From the NCBI GenBank assembly GCA_046086325.1, contig JBJSXJ010000233.1, forward strand, positions 2,177 through 66,176: a DNA stretch of 64,000 bases, given 5' to 3'. The position numbers were made by a program, and so were the translations under genes. Origin of the DNA: Planctomycetota bacterium. Lineage in GTDB: Bacteria > Planctomycetota > Planctomycetia > Pirellulales > Pirellulaceae. Position 1 is the stretch's first letter, and every line of letters begins with the position of its first letter. Below the pieces are notes generated by a model. It saw nothing but the letters and a program-made list of their open reading frames with translations. It had not been told where the DNA came from and searched no databases. This document shows positions 10,033 through 19,869 of the stretch, piece by piece.

Positions 10033-10632
10033 TCAGGTGGAACCTGCGTACTGCCGCAAGAGTCCGATGATCTCCTGTGCCGAGCGATCAGGATCGTCAT
10101 TGACGACCGAATGCTGGTAGCGTGGGAGATATTCGATTTCTTGGCGGGCAACTTCCAGACGGCGCTGCAGCGATTCGGCGGATTCCGTGCCGCGCCCTCG
10201 CAATCGTCGCTCTAGTTCGTCAATCGAACCGGGGTGCAAAAAGATCGTGATGGCGTCCGGGTATCGTTCCACTACGGTCATTGCACCGGCAACGTCAATC
10301 TCCAAGATTAACCACTTCCCCTGCTGTAAGCCAGTGGTTACCTGACTCCAGAGGGTTCCATACCAGTCTCCCCGCCCAAAAACTTCCTTCCACTCCAGGA
10401 ACTCATCCCGAGCTCGTCGAGCGGCAAAATCGTCTTTGGAGAGGAAGTAATAGTCGACCCCGTCCCGCTCCCCCGGTCGTGGCGATCGGGTGGTAGCAGA
10501 AACGCTCAGCGCCAGCGGCCATGGGGCCTGGTCCAGTAGGCGGCGCAGCACCGTCGACTTGCCGGCACCCGACGGTCCCGACACGATCACGATGCGACCT
10601 GACTGAGCACTCCCGGTCATCCCCTTCCCCAT
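10033..10632 (-). CDS. gmk: guanylate kinase
   Basis: P-loop IVIVSGPSGAGKSTV, then TTRSPRPGERDGVDYYF. Confidence 0.9.
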   Translation of the reverse strand: MGKGMTGSAQSGRIVIVSGPSGAGKSTVLRRLLDQAPWPLALSVSATTRSPRPGERDGVDYYFLSKDDFAARRARDEFLEWKEVFGRGDWYGTLWSQVTTGLQQGKWLILEIDVAGAMTVVERYPDAITIFLHPGSIDELERRLRGRGTESAESLQRRLEVARQEIEYLPRYQHSVVNDDPDRSAQEIIGLLRQYAGST

Positions 10633-11517
10633 TCACTCCACGTTTTGAATCATTTCTCGTAATCGCTCGATCGCTGTCTTGATTTCAATCACATGCAAAT
10701 TGATTTGCGTATCGTTGGCCTTGGAGCCGATCGTGTTGGTCTCGCGAAACATCTCCTGAGTGAGGAATTCCAGCTTACGACCGCTGCTCTCCGTGGCCCT
10801 CAAAATGCTGTCGAATTGCTCCAAGTGACTCCGCAATCGCACAATTTCCTCCGATATATCGCTGCGATCGGCAAACAAGCCGATTTCCCGAGCGATGTCG
10901 GCAGGGTTGATTTCGACGCCTAAATCCTTCGCCCAGGCACGCGAGCGGTCCAGCAGCCGCTGGCGGTAGGCCGCCACAACGCCGGGCGCAAGTCGTTCAA
11001 TATGAGCCAATTCCGCTGCGATCACTTGGCGATTGGCCTGGAGGTCGGCGAGCAGCGAACGGCCTTCATCCAGTCGCATGCGGTGGAGGTGCTCGAGTGC
11101 CGTTCGCAAAGCACGCTCCACCAGCGGCCACTGCTGCTCGACATCGGTCGCCTGAGTGGCTCGTTCGTCAACCACTCCGGGTAACCCCAGCAACGATTCC
11201 AGACGAATCGGTTCCGACCACTTCAAATGCTGTTCGATCGCGGCCAACTGCTGGCGGTAACTGGCCAGGACAATTTCGTTGAGTCGATAGTCATCGGGGG
11301 TCGATTCCCGCTGAATCTGCACGCTCACCTGAACACTCCCACGACGTACTTGATCGCGGACAAGGTTCTCGATGGCGGTTTCCAGAGCGGCCAGGCGATC
11401 GGTGGTGCGCAGCGTCAGCTTGAAGAACTTGTTGTTGACCGTGCGCACTTCAACCCAGACGTTACAGCCAACGTCCTGCAGTCGCGCCTCACCATGTCCG
11501 GTCATGCTTAAGAGCAC
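10633..11517 (-). CDS. yicC: YicC/YloC family stress-induced endoribonuclease
   Basis: N-terminus SMTGHGEA and C-terminus QEMFRETNTIGSKAND...IKTAIERLREMIQNVE, both typical of the YicC family. It abuts gmk with no gap. Confidence 0.8.
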   Translation of the reverse strand: MLLSMTGHGEARLQDVGCNVWVEVRTVNNKFFKLTLRTTDRLAALETAIENLVRDQVRRGSVQVSVQIQRESTPDDYRLNEIVLASYRQQLAAIEQHLKWSEPIRLESLLGLPGVVDERATQATDVEQQWPLVERALRTALEHLHRMRLDEGRSLLADLQANRQVIAAELAHIERLAPGVVAAYRQRLLDRSRAWAKDLGVEINPADIAREIGLFADRSDISEEIVRLRSHLEQFDSILRATESSGRKLEFLTQEMFRETNTIGSKANDTQINLHVIEIKTAIERLREMIQNVE

Positions 11518-11621
11518 GTTTGGTACCTTGCACCTGAATGACCGCTGCGGACCGACTGGTCACGCAGCGATGGGAACTCACGCGGCGGACGCTAGCCGAG
11601 GCCGTTTCGTCCCGACCTGCA

Positions 11622-12221
11622 CTATTCCGGCTTCTTCTCGTCCGCCTTCTTCGCGTCGGCCTTCTTCTCGTCAGCCTTCGGCTCTTCCTTCTTAGGCTCG
11701 TCGGCCTTCTTCTCTTCGGCCTTGGGCTCTTCCTTCTTAGGCTCGTCCTTCTTGGGCTCGTCCTTCTTGGGCTCGTCCTGGCTTGGTTCTGTTACCGGAT
11801 CGGTCTTCGGTGCTGGCTCACTACCGCTGTTCGGCAGATCGCTGGGACGATTGGAATCGTCTTCGCTGGTGGGACTGCGACCATCATCGGCCGATTCAAT
11901 CTCACCCGGTGGATTCTTCACCGTGCTGGCCTTGAAGGGACCGGACGATGAAGTGCTGAGTGCCTTTACCGCACCGACGCACAAGACGATCCAAACGACG
12001 GCACAGATGATCGTGATGCGGGTGAAGAGATCGCCCGCCTTGGTGCCGAACGCACTTTGACCACCCATGCCGCCCAGTGCACCGGCTAAGCCGCCGCCAC
12101 GTCCGCGCTGCACCAGGATCAAGAGAATCAGGAACACTGCGGTGAGGAACATCAGGATTCCGAACACGTAGTGCAAGAATTGAGCGAACAGCAGTGCAGA
12201 CATGGGATCTTGATGCTCCAT
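11622..12221 (-). CDS. secG: preprotein translocase subunit SecG with long charged C-terminal extension
   Basis: LLILVQRGRGGGLAGALGGMGGQSAFG is the SecG signature. It lies downstream of tpiA, which is conserved synteny. The C-terminal tail of roughly 100 aa is low-complexity (KKDEPKKDEPKKEEPKAEEKKADEPKK...). Confidence 0.75.
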   Translation of the reverse strand: MEHQDPMSALLFAQFLHYVFGILMFLTAVFLILLILVQRGRGGGLAGALGGMGGQSAFGTKAGDLFTRITIICAVVWIVLCVGAVKALSTSSSGPFKASTVKNPPGEIESADDGRSPTSEDDSNRPSDLPNSGSEPAPKTDPVTEPSQDEPKKDEPKKDEPKKEEPKAEEKKADEPKKEEPKADEKKADAKKADEKKPE

Positions 12222-12294
12222 TCGAACAAAAATCGGATGATGACAGACCGGCCAGGGCGGCTAGCCGCTGGCTCGTACCGTCGCGTGCGACCTT

Positions 12295-13059
12295 CTACTG
12301 CGAACCGGCAATAATACCTAGGAAACTATCAGCTTTCAGCGAAGCACCACCGACCAGGGCGCCATCGATGTTGGGCTGAGCCATTAATTCAGCGGCATTG
12401 TCGGGCTTGACGCTGCCGCCGTATTGAATGCGAATTTGCTGCGCGGTGGCGGCATCGTAGCGGCTGGTCAACATGCGTCGCAGTTCGGCGTGCACCTCTT
12501 CGGCCTGCGCAGGCGTCGCGGTTTTGCCGGTGCCAATCGCCCATACCGGTTCATACGCAATGACCACTCGACCCGCTGTAGCGGCGTTGAGTCCGGCGAG
12601 TGAGCCGCTGAGTTGTTCCTGAACGATGTCGGTGGTCTGACCGGCTTCGCGTTCTGCCAGGGTTTCGCCCACGCAGACGATCGGCGTCAAGCCTGCCTGG
12701 AGCGCGGCCTGAAGCTTGCGATTCACGTCGGCATTCGATTCACCCAAAATATGTCGTCGTTCGCTGTGTCCGAGGATGACGTATCGACAGCCGATGTCGA
12801 CGAGCATGGCGGTGCTGAGTTCACCGGTGTACGCGCCGTTGGCTTCGTGATAGACATTCTGAGCACCGACACCGATGGCGCTCCCCTGTAGCTCCGTCAC
12901 CACCGCATCCAGATAGACGCTCGGCGGACAAACCGCGACGTCGACCGAGCCGCCTGCTGGCACCGCTGCTTTGAGGGCGCGAGCCAGAGCCAAGCTATCG
13001 GACTTGGACAAATTCATTTTCCAGTTGCCGGCGATAAACGGACGTCGCATGCGCTGCAC
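12295..13059 (-). CDS. tpiA: triosephosphate isomerase
   Basis: FIAGNWKMN, ILGHSERR, VCVGE, AYEPVWAIGTG and YGGSV motifs. Confidence 0.9.
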   Translation of the reverse strand: MQRMRRPFIAGNWKMNLSKSDSLALARALKAAVPAGGSVDVAVCPPSVYLDAVVTELQGSAIGVGAQNVYHEANGAYTGELSTAMLVDIGCRYVILGHSERRHILGESNADVNRKLQAALQAGLTPIVCVGETLAEREAGQTTDIVQEQLSGSLAGLNAATAGRVVIAYEPVWAIGTGKTATPAQAEEVHAELRRMLTSRYDAATAQQIRIQYGGSVKPDNAAELMAQPNIDGALVGGASLKADSFLGIIAGSQ

Positions 13060-13065
13060 TCCAAC

Positions 13066-14115
13066 TTAAGACTTACTGGGCGGAACCGAGATCTGACGTC
13101 CGAAGAGCTCCGCGAGGCGCCGAATCTGCTGCGCGAGCTCGGCGTATTGTTTGGGGAGCAGGGCTTGCGGACCATCCGACTTCGCTTTTTCGGGACAATC
13201 GTGCACCTCAATGTGCACTCCATCCGCTCCCGCAGCGACCCCCGCCAGGGCACACGGCGGAATCAGGTCGGGACGTCCCGTCGCGTGACTGGGATCGACA
13301 ATAATCGGTAAATGGGAGAGTCCTTGCACGAGCGGAACGGCAGCGACGTCGTAGAGATTTCGAGTGGCTGGGTCCCAACCCTTCACGCCCCGCTCACACA
13401 ACACCACTTGCGAATTACCCTGCGACAAAATGTATTCGGCACTCATCAGCAAATCGGTCACGGTGGCCGACATGCCGCGTTTCAGGAGAACCGGTTTACG
13501 AGTGCGTCCAATCTCGGTGAGCAGCGAGAAATTCTGCATGTTGCGCGCACCGACTTGAATCATGTCGGTGTAGCGATCGATCACTTCGACTTGGCGTGGA
13601 TCCATCACTTCGGTGACGATCGGCAGTCCCACTGCATCGCCAGTTTCTCGCAGGATGCGTAAGCCGTCTTCGCCGAGTCCCTGAAAGGCGTAGGGGCTGG
13701 TGCGCGGCTTGAAGGCACCGCCACGGAGAATGTTGGCTCCGGCGTCTTTGATCGCGCGAGCGATCGTCAACATGCGAGCGGGATCTTCGACGGCACAGGG
13801 ACCGGCGATCATGGCGAGATAGCCGCCACCGATCTTCACACCCGCCACATCCACCACGCTCGACTGCGGATGAGCCTCACGGCTGGCCAGTTTATACGGT
13901 GGCAGTACCGGCACCACTTCGATTACTCCCGGAATCGCCAGCAGCGGTTCCGTCTGCAACTTTTGTTCGTCGCCAATGACGCCCACAATGGTTCGAAAGG
14001 TACCCCGACTAACGTGAGCGCGAAGCCCCAGCTCCTCCACTCGGTCCACTACATGTTGGACCTGTTCGTCCGTCACCCCCGACTTAAGAATGATAATCAC
14101 GCCGTCGATCCTCAC
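13066..14115 (-). CDS. 3-deoxy-7-phosphoheptulonate (DAHP) synthase, type I-beta with N-terminal regulatory domain
   Basis: [22 protein letters not shown] and DPSH motifs. I prefer the GTG at 14115 ([11 protein letters not shown]), giving 349 aa. The 76-codon upstream extension of the ORF looks non-coding. Confidence 0.8.
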   Translation of the reverse strand: MRIDGVIIILKSGVTDEQVQHVVDRVEELGLRAHVSRGTFRTIVGVIGDEQKLQTEPLLAIPGVIEVVPVLPPYKLASREAHPQSSVVDVAGVKIGGGYLAMIAGPCAVEDPARMLTIARAIKDAGANILRGGAFKPRTSPYAFQGLGEDGLRILRETGDAVGLPIVTEVMDPRQVEVIDRYTDMIQVGARNMQNFSLLTEIGRTRKPVLLKRGMSATVTDLLMSAEYILSQGNSQVVLCERGVKGWDPATRNLYDVAAVPLVQGLSHLPIIVDPSHATGRPDLIPPCALAGVAAGADGVHIEVHDCPEKAKSDGPQALLPKQYAELAQQIRRLAELFGRQISVPPSKS

Positions 14116-14481
14116 CGCTGTTTTCTCACCGCATGGCCGCTGGTGGCAACCGCCCTCCCCGGAACATGCCAGTCCCTGATTCAGGGCCTTGTAGCTTACC
14201 ACAGGAAGTCGGACGCCGTCGAGATGACCTGGAGCGACGCATTCGCGGCGGGAGTGGCTTCCCGCAAAAATACCTCTGGCTTTTCGCTGGCTCACTGATA
14301 CAATCACCTCCGGTATTAAGGTCGATGACTCGAAGCGCCGCATACTCCGTAGTTTGCAATTGGTCCTATTGGTCCGCCGCTTTTACTCGCTCTTTTACTT
14401 GGCGGACCACCATGTCTGGTCCCTTTCGCATGGGCCTGGAAAGTGCAAACAGGCCATAGGGCCCTCTCTTCAAGGAGTTGA

Positions 14482-14823
14482 ATGATGGGCAAGAAACTGT
14501 ATGTCGGCAATTTGAACTATCGCGTTACCAGCGAAAGCCTGGAACAGCTCTTCAGCCAATTTGGCCAAGTGGTCAAGGCTGAAGTGGTGAAGGATCGCGA
14601 CACGGGGAACAGCAAGGGCTTCGGCTTCGTGGAAATGGCAGACGCTGGCGCAGCCAACAGCGCCATTGAAGCGTTGCACGACAAGGATCACGAAGGTCGT
14701 CCTTTGATCGTCAACGAAGCTCGTCCTCGTGAGGATCGTCCTCGCGGTGGCGGCGGCGGTGGCCGTGGCTACGGTGGTGGCGGCGGCGGCTATGGTGGCG
14801 GTGGCGGCTACGGCCGTCGTTAA
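14482..14823 (+). CDS. RRM-type RNA-binding protein with Gly-rich tail
   Basis: RNP2 KLYVGNL and RNP1 KGFGFVEM, with a C-terminal RGGGGGGRGYGGGGGGYGGGGGYGRR. AGGAG lies 6 nt upstream of the start. Confidence 0.85.
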   Translation: MMGKKLYVGNLNYRVTSESLEQLFSQFGQVVKAEVVKDRDTGNSKGFGFVEMADAGAANSAIEALHDKDHEGRPLIVNEARPREDRPRGGGGGGRGYGGGGGGYGGGGGYGRR

Positions 14824-14859
14824 TCGCTCCAGCCTCTCCGGCAGTTGCTGAATCAACAC

Positions 14860-14908
14860 GCGGATCAGATGGACTCCACAAGGGTCCAACTGATCCGCGA
14901 TTTTTTTT
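14860..14908 (+). terminator. rho-independent terminator after the RRM gene
   Basis: gcggatcag (14860-14868) pairs with ctgatccgc (14890-14898), followed by gaTTTTTTTT. Confidence 0.6.
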
Positions 14909-14940
14909 GCGCGCTAGCGGACCAAAAACTGACCGCGCAT

Positions 14941-14978
14941 AAAAAAAGCCCCCGGAAACAGCGGGTCCCAGGGGGGCT
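14941..14978 (-). terminator. candidate minus-strand terminator hairpin
   Basis: agccccc (14947-14953) pairs with gggggct (14972-14978). The A7 run at 14941-14947 becomes a T-run after the stem on the minus strand. It lies about 250 nt downstream of the minus-strand gene ending at 15234. Confidence 0.4.
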
Positions 14979-15016
14979 AAGAACTCCGCTATGTTCCGGG
15001 AGCGATTGGACGGTGG

Positions 15017-15045
15017 GCGACGACTCACATCCTGTGAGTCGTCGC
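15017..15045. repeat. perfect 13-bp inverted repeat with 3-nt loop
   Basis: gcgacgactcaca tcc tgtgagtcgtcgc. There is no flanking T-run. Confidence 0.85.
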
Positions 15046-15233
15046 GCGCCTCGAACCCAATTCACCACGAGGAATCCGTCGTTCGCGAACAGCTTCCGTG
15101 CTGCTGTTGAACGCCGCGGTCCGCAGAGACAAGCTCGCAGGCAACTTGCTCCAGATGCAGACTCAACCTCGTGGTTGCTCGTGTGAGGCGGGAGAATACG
15201 GGAAAGCGTCTTTCCGGGTCAAGACGGAAATTT

Positions 15234-16454
15234 TTACGCTCCAGCTGGCTCTAAAGCCTGCTTTAAATCCGCAATCAAATCGGCCGTATTTTCGATGCCG
15301 CAGGCGAGCCGAATCATGTTGTCGTAGATCCCGAAACGAGCTCGATCTTCCGGTGCATAATCAAAGTAGCTCATCACCATCGGTTGCTCGATCAACGATT
15401 CCACACCGCCCAAACTAGGGCCAATCCGCGGAATACAAACACGATCAATCACGTCAGCGGTCTGGCGCCAGTCGGCATCCCGCAACAAGAACGTGATCAA
15501 ACCGCCAAATCCACGCATCGTACGCCGCGCGACGTCGTAATAAGGATGACTTTCCAGGCCGGGATAATAAACTCGCTCCACACGCGGATGCTGGGCCAGA
15601 AACTGAGCAATCGCCAAGCCATTGGCGTTCTGACGCTCCATACGCAATTCAAACGTCTTCAACCCACGCTGTAGCAAATAAATATTTTGCGGCGAATTAA
15701 TGGCTCCCATGATGCCGCGCAGTTTGCGGACTGGTTCGAGCTGAGCTTCGCTACCGACGATGACACCCGCCAGCAGATCGTTGTGCCCCCCCAGATACTT
15801 CGTGGCTGAATGCAGTACATAATCGACGCCATAACGCAGCGGCTGCACGTTGTAAGGTGTCGCTAACGTGGCATCAATGAGCGTCTCGACACGGTGACGG
15901 CGACCAATCGCCGCAAACTTTTCCATATCCACCACACTCAAATGCGGATTCGTCGGTGATTCGCTGATGAGCATCTTGGTGCGGGGAGTGATCGCGGCTT
16001 CCATCGCGGCGTAATCACCGGTTTTCACCTGATGAGTAACCACGCCGTACCGCGATAAATGCTTGGTGCAGAACTCTCGACTACGGTGATAGCATTCGTC
16101 GAAAAAAATCACCTCGTCGCCACCATTCACCTTCGCCATCAGCAGTCCGACGATCGCCGCCATTCCAGTGGCGAAGAGCAGCGCGGTTTCGCCGCCATCG
16201 AGTGCGGCGAGTTTCCGTTCAACCACCTTCTCGCCCGGATTTCCATAACGCCCATATTCCTCGCGCGGCTGTTTTTGCTGAATAAAATCCAGCACGGCTT
16301 GCGTGTTATCGAAAGTATAGGTGGCCGCACAAACGATCGGATCAACAATCGCATCCGCCAGCTTGTGATGAGCCTCCCCGGCATGTACCGCCAGTGTCGA
16401 AGCCCCTAATTCGGTGGTGGGAGAAATACGTTCCAGTTGCAGCCGTCCGGTCAT
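15234..16454 (-). CDS. PLP-dependent trans-sulfuration enzyme (cystathionine gamma-synthase/beta-lyase family)
   Basis: Cys/Met-metabolism PLP family pattern: a SATKYLGGHNDLLAG PLP-lysine motif and C-terminal IRLACGIE. Confidence 0.8.
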   Translation of the reverse strand: MTGRLQLERISPTTELGASTLAVHAGEAHHKLADAIVDPIVCAATYTFDNTQAVLDFIQQKQPREEYGRYGNPGEKVVERKLAALDGGETALLFATGMAAIVGLLMAKVNGGDEVIFFDECYHRSREFCTKHLSRYGVVTHQVKTGDYAAMEAAITPRTKMLISESPTNPHLSVVDMEKFAAIGRRHRVETLIDATLATPYNVQPLRYGVDYVLHSATKYLGGHNDLLAGVIVGSEAQLEPVRKLRGIMGAINSPQNIYLLQRGLKTFELRMERQNANGLAIAQFLAQHPRVERVYYPGLESHPYYDVARRTMRGFGGLITFLLRDADWRQTADVIDRVCIPRIGPSLGGVESLIEQPMVMSYFDYAPEDRARFGIYDNMIRLACGIENTADLIADLKQALEPAGA

Positions 16455-16911
16455 CGCTTACAAGCTCCCCAATTCCAAACCTACCCCAGCGCACCGCAAC
16501 AGCAGGAACCGTCACTCGGAAAACACGCTCGGGAAAACTCGGCCAAAACGACCGCCATAGGCCCTGATGCATCGTCGAATGCGATGCGACCGGAAGAGCA
16601 ATTACGTGGGGGGAAAAGCGGTTCGAAGGCTAGCTTCAAACGCTCGGATCCAATTACCATCCACGCCAACGGCTCTTTAGCAGGTCAGGCTGCAAGCGGC
16701 CACAAATCCCTCATGGTCGTGGGATTGTAATGCGCCAACAGTGACCCTACAAGCAGCGGCGCGGGGCGAGTAACGTGGGATCAGCGGTACGCACAGTGGC
16801 GATCGCCCAGCGGTAGGTGAGTGGGAATCATCTGGGGAAATCACCCACTAGGGCCTTGGAATCGCTTCCCACATAGGCCCCCGCAAACGTACAATAGAGA
16901 CCGGTTGTCGT

Positions 16912-18330
16912 TTGTACCGCTCCGACCCTGCACTTGGGCTCGCCCCCTCCCGATACCGCTGCGCGGCATCTGACCTAGCCACGAGAGGATTCCACTTGCC
17001 ACGATTCATCGTAGAGCGACCAGCAAGCTTCAAGATTCTGCTGGCGCTGCTGACCACTTGCAGCCCACTCCCCTACCTCGGGCCACTTTTCCTGGCTGCG
17101 CCCCTTCCCTCCGCCTCGGCCCAAGAACCCAAACCTGACCCCAAGCCCGCCGCGAAACCAGAAGCCAAGCCCGACGCCAACTCCTCGACACCCAGTGCCA
17201 CTGCCGCCGCGGGCGCCACGGCCGCAACCACCCCACCAGCTACCCCCGCCGATCTCCGCCGTTTGCTGGACCAGTTAGGTGACGAGCAGTATTCGGCGCG
17301 CGAGCAAGCGGCCGAGAAGCTGCTGCGGATGGGACCACCGGCTGTCGCCGTCTTACAGACTGGCCGGCGACATCCCGATCGTGAGGTGCGCTATCGCTGC
17401 GAACGCATCTTATTACTGATCACTCAGCAGGATTTCGAATTGAAGCTCACCGCGTTCCTGCGTGATGCCGGATCGGGAAAGAGCAGTGATTTACCGGGCT
17501 GGGAAGCTTATCGCAGCGGCTACGGCGATACGCGCGATTCCCGCTTGTTGTTCGTGGAAATGCAACGCGCCGAACCAGAACTACTCGCCGCTCTCGACCG
17601 CGGCCCTGGCGCAGCGATCGATCTGCTGGTAGCTCGAGTCCAAGAGTTTCAGCGCAGTTTACAAGGCCAGAATGCCGAGATTCCCACGGGCAGTATGGCG
17701 GCGCTCCTGCATGTGGCCGTGAAAGCTCGTGCAGAATCAAACTTGGCAGCCGGCCAGCAGCTCTATTCACTCTGTCATCAACCGTCATTCCGCAATGCCA
17801 TCACCACGGGCATCCATAAGGAGCTCCTGCGAAAGATGCTCGGTGAGTGGATTGTGCGGGGAGATGACAATTTAGCATATATGGGCATCATGCTGGCCAT
17901 GCAGTATGAAATGAAGGAGGGAATTGGTCCTGCAGAAAAGATTATGAAGAACCAGGGCTCGCAGCCCTACATTCGCCAATATGCGATTCTGATGTTGGCT
18001 CGATTGGGTGGCCCTGAGCATCTACCGCTGCTCGAATCTTGCCTCACCGACGAACGATCGATTGGCACGTGGCAGATTCAGAACGTGAACATCAATACCC
18101 AAGTGCGTGACGTGGCTCTGGCCTCATTAGTGCTTCTCACCAAACAGCAGCCGAAAGATTATGGATTTGAACGGTTACAAACAAATCCTCAACAATTGTT
18201 TTCACCGATCACAGCCGGTTTTGAATCGGCCGATGCCCGCGCCCAGGCGGTGAAGAAATGGCGCGAATACCGCGAAAAGATGCCGGCTGTTGTGCCGGCA
18301 GCCAAGCCGGATGACGGCCCCAAGAAATAA
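16912..18330 (+). CDS. hypothetical secreted protein with HEAT/PBS-lyase-like repeats
   Basis: Hydrophobic leader, a Pro/Lys-rich linker (EPKPDPKPAAKPEAKPDA), then LGDEQYSAREQAAEKLLRMGPPAVAVL...PDREVRYRC, which looks like a HEAT helix pair. Confidence 0.45.
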   Translation: MYRSDPALGLAPSRYRCAASDLATRGFHLPRFIVERPASFKILLALLTTCSPLPYLGPLFLAAPLPSASAQEPKPDPKPAAKPEAKPDANSSTPSATAAAGATAATTPPATPADLRRLLDQLGDEQYSAREQAAEKLLRMGPPAVAVLQTGRRHPDREVRYRCERILLLITQQDFELKLTAFLRDAGSGKSSDLPGWEAYRSGYGDTRDSRLLFVEMQRAEPELLAALDRGPGAAIDLLVARVQEFQRSLQGQNAEIPTGSMAALLHVAVKARAESNLAAGQQLYSLCHQPSFRNAITTGIHKELLRKMLGEWIVRGDDNLAYMGIMLAMQYEMKEGIGPAEKIMKNQGSQPYIRQYAILMLARLGGPEHLPLLESCLTDERSIGTWQIQNVNINTQVRDVALASLVLLTKQQPKDYGFERLQTNPQQLFSPITAGFESADARAQAVKKWREYREKMPAVVPAAKPDDGPKK

Positions 18331-18347
18331 CTTTAATTGGATACGAG

Positions 18348-19673
18348 ATGACAGAAAAAGTTCGTTTTGCAGATTTAGATATATCCGAAGAGATGTTGGA
18401 ATTGCTGGAGGATATTGGTTATGAATATCCAACAGATATTCAAGCCGGTTTAATTCCGCTCGCACTCGAAGGCTATGATGTTTTAGGTCAAGCGCGCACC
18501 GGCACGGGTAAAACCGCTTCCTTTGTGATTCCCATCTTGGAACAAGTCGCTCCGCGCGATGAAATTGCTGGCGTGCAGGCCATCATCCTCGTGCCAACTC
18601 GAGAACTAGCTGTGCAAGTGCACGACGAAGTGGTGAAACTGGCCGATGGGTTGGACCTCGACTGCGTCGCCGTCTACGGCGGCACTCCCATTCGCGGACA
18701 GATCGAAAAGCTGAAGCGGGGAGCGGAAGTGGTGGTGGGCACACCAGGCCGAGTGCTCGATCACATCAGTCGCGGTACCTTGCAGCTCAACGATATCTGG
18801 TGTGTGGTGCTCGATGAAGCCGATCGGATGCTCGATATCGGCTTCCGACCGGATATCGAAAAAATCTTGCGGCGCTGCCCGCGTGATCGCCAGACGTTAT
18901 TGCTGAGCGCCACCGTGCCGCCCGATATCAAGAAGCTGGCTGAGCGCTACATGGTGAAGCCCAAGGTCGTCAACTGCGCGCCACAAGTGGCGGTGGAAAC
19001 GATCGAACAGTTTTATTTCACGATCAATCCTGATCAGAAATTTGATTTGCTGGTCAAACTGATTGAACGCGAACAGCCAAAACAGGCAATTGTCTTTTGC
19101 CGCACGAAACGTGGTACCGATCGGATCGCCGAAAAACTCGGCAAGAAAATCCAAGGTGTCTCCTGTATTCATGGTGACATGGGTCAAGGAGCACGCGACT
19201 CCGTCATGCGTAAATTCCGCGCTGGCAACGTCCGCTATCTCGTCGCCACCGATGTCGTGGGACGAGGCATCGATGTCTCCAGTATCTCGCACATCATCAA
19301 CTTCGATATTCCCGAATTCTGTGATGATTATGTGCATCGAGTGGGGCGCACGGGCCGCATGGGACGCGAAGGCGTGGCCTATACGTTTGTTTGCCCGCAC
19401 GAAGGTCCGCAGCTCACCAGCATCGAACAGCGCATCGATCGACTCTTGAAACGCGATCAGATGCCCGACTTGGCACCGTCGCGCAGCGGGCCCGCCGCAG
19501 CACCGGGTCGACCAGGACCAGAAGGCCAGACGGCTGGTGCCGCCGGCACTGCGACCGATGGCGGCGACGGAGCAGCAGGGGCCGACGAGTCGGCTGGCGC
19601 TGGCTCACCACCTCGTGCGGTGCCCGCCGAGCTCCAGCGACGCGGTGGCAAACGCTATCGGCGCGCACTGTAA
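18348..19673 (+). CDS. DEAD-box ATP-dependent RNA helicase with basic/Gly-rich tail
   Basis: AQTGTGKT-like ARTGTGKT, PTRELA, DEAD (VLDEADRML), SAT, and HRVGRTGRMG. Confidence 0.9.
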   Translation: MTEKVRFADLDISEEMLELLEDIGYEYPTDIQAGLIPLALEGYDVLGQARTGTGKTASFVIPILEQVAPRDEIAGVQAIILVPTRELAVQVHDEVVKLADGLDLDCVAVYGGTPIRGQIEKLKRGAEVVVGTPGRVLDHISRGTLQLNDIWCVVLDEADRMLDIGFRPDIEKILRRCPRDRQTLLLSATVPPDIKKLAERYMVKPKVVNCAPQVAVETIEQFYFTINPDQKFDLLVKLIEREQPKQAIVFCRTKRGTDRIAEKLGKKIQGVSCIHGDMGQGARDSVMRKFRAGNVRYLVATDVVGRGIDVSSISHIINFDIPEFCDDYVHRVGRTGRMGREGVAYTFVCPHEGPQLTSIEQRIDRLLKRDQMPDLAPSRSGPAAAPGRPGPEGQTAGAAGTATDGGDGAAGADESAGAGSPPRAVPAELQRRGGKRYRRAL

Positions 19674-19761
19674 GCGCTCGCAGAATTTGCTGATTGAGAC
19701 CATTCGTGGAATTCGTGGTCCCCTCACCTTCGTGCCCTTCGTGATCCCGCCTTTTCCGATT

Positions 19762-19800
19762 CGTCCGTCCTAAAAAACAGGTGACGGACGATGTTTATTG
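19762..19800 (+). terminator. candidate terminator hairpin after the helicase gene
   Basis: cgtccgtc (19762-19769) pairs with gacggacg (19783-19790), followed by atgTTTaTT. Confidence 0.45.
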
Positions 19801-19869
19801 ATGGCCGCTGCCTGATACACTGGGCGAAATTCAGATTGCTCGGGCGGACAGGCTAGGGAGTGTGCAGCG

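Noticed and set aside
11538-11951. A plus-strand 137-aa Leu/Arg-rich ORF, together with ORF 11722..12060.
   Set aside because: They are antisense to the SecG charged-repeat tail. They are a mirror artefact of the Lys/Glu repeat codons.
14116-14343. The long N-terminal extension of the DAHP synthase ORF (76 codons).
   Set aside because: It is Cys/Arg/Gly-rich with no similarity to the family. The GTG at 14115 gives a protein starting at the regulatory-domain beta-strand ([11 protein letters not shown]).
16676-16700. The string caggtcaggctgcaagcggcc resembles the SRP (4.5S) RNA domain IV motif CAGGUCAGG...AAGCAGCC.
   Set aside because: The GGAA tetraloop and the symmetric-loop context are missing, and I could not draw a flanking long helix. 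It is probably a chance resemblance. An Infernal scan would settle it.
16455-16720. A possible SAM riboswitch in the long leader of the minus-strand trans-sulfuration gene.
   Set aside because: The reverse complement lacks the SAM-I GAGGGA...GGUGCUAA core and the SAM-II signature. Only a small hairpin (gcatcg...cgatgc) is present.
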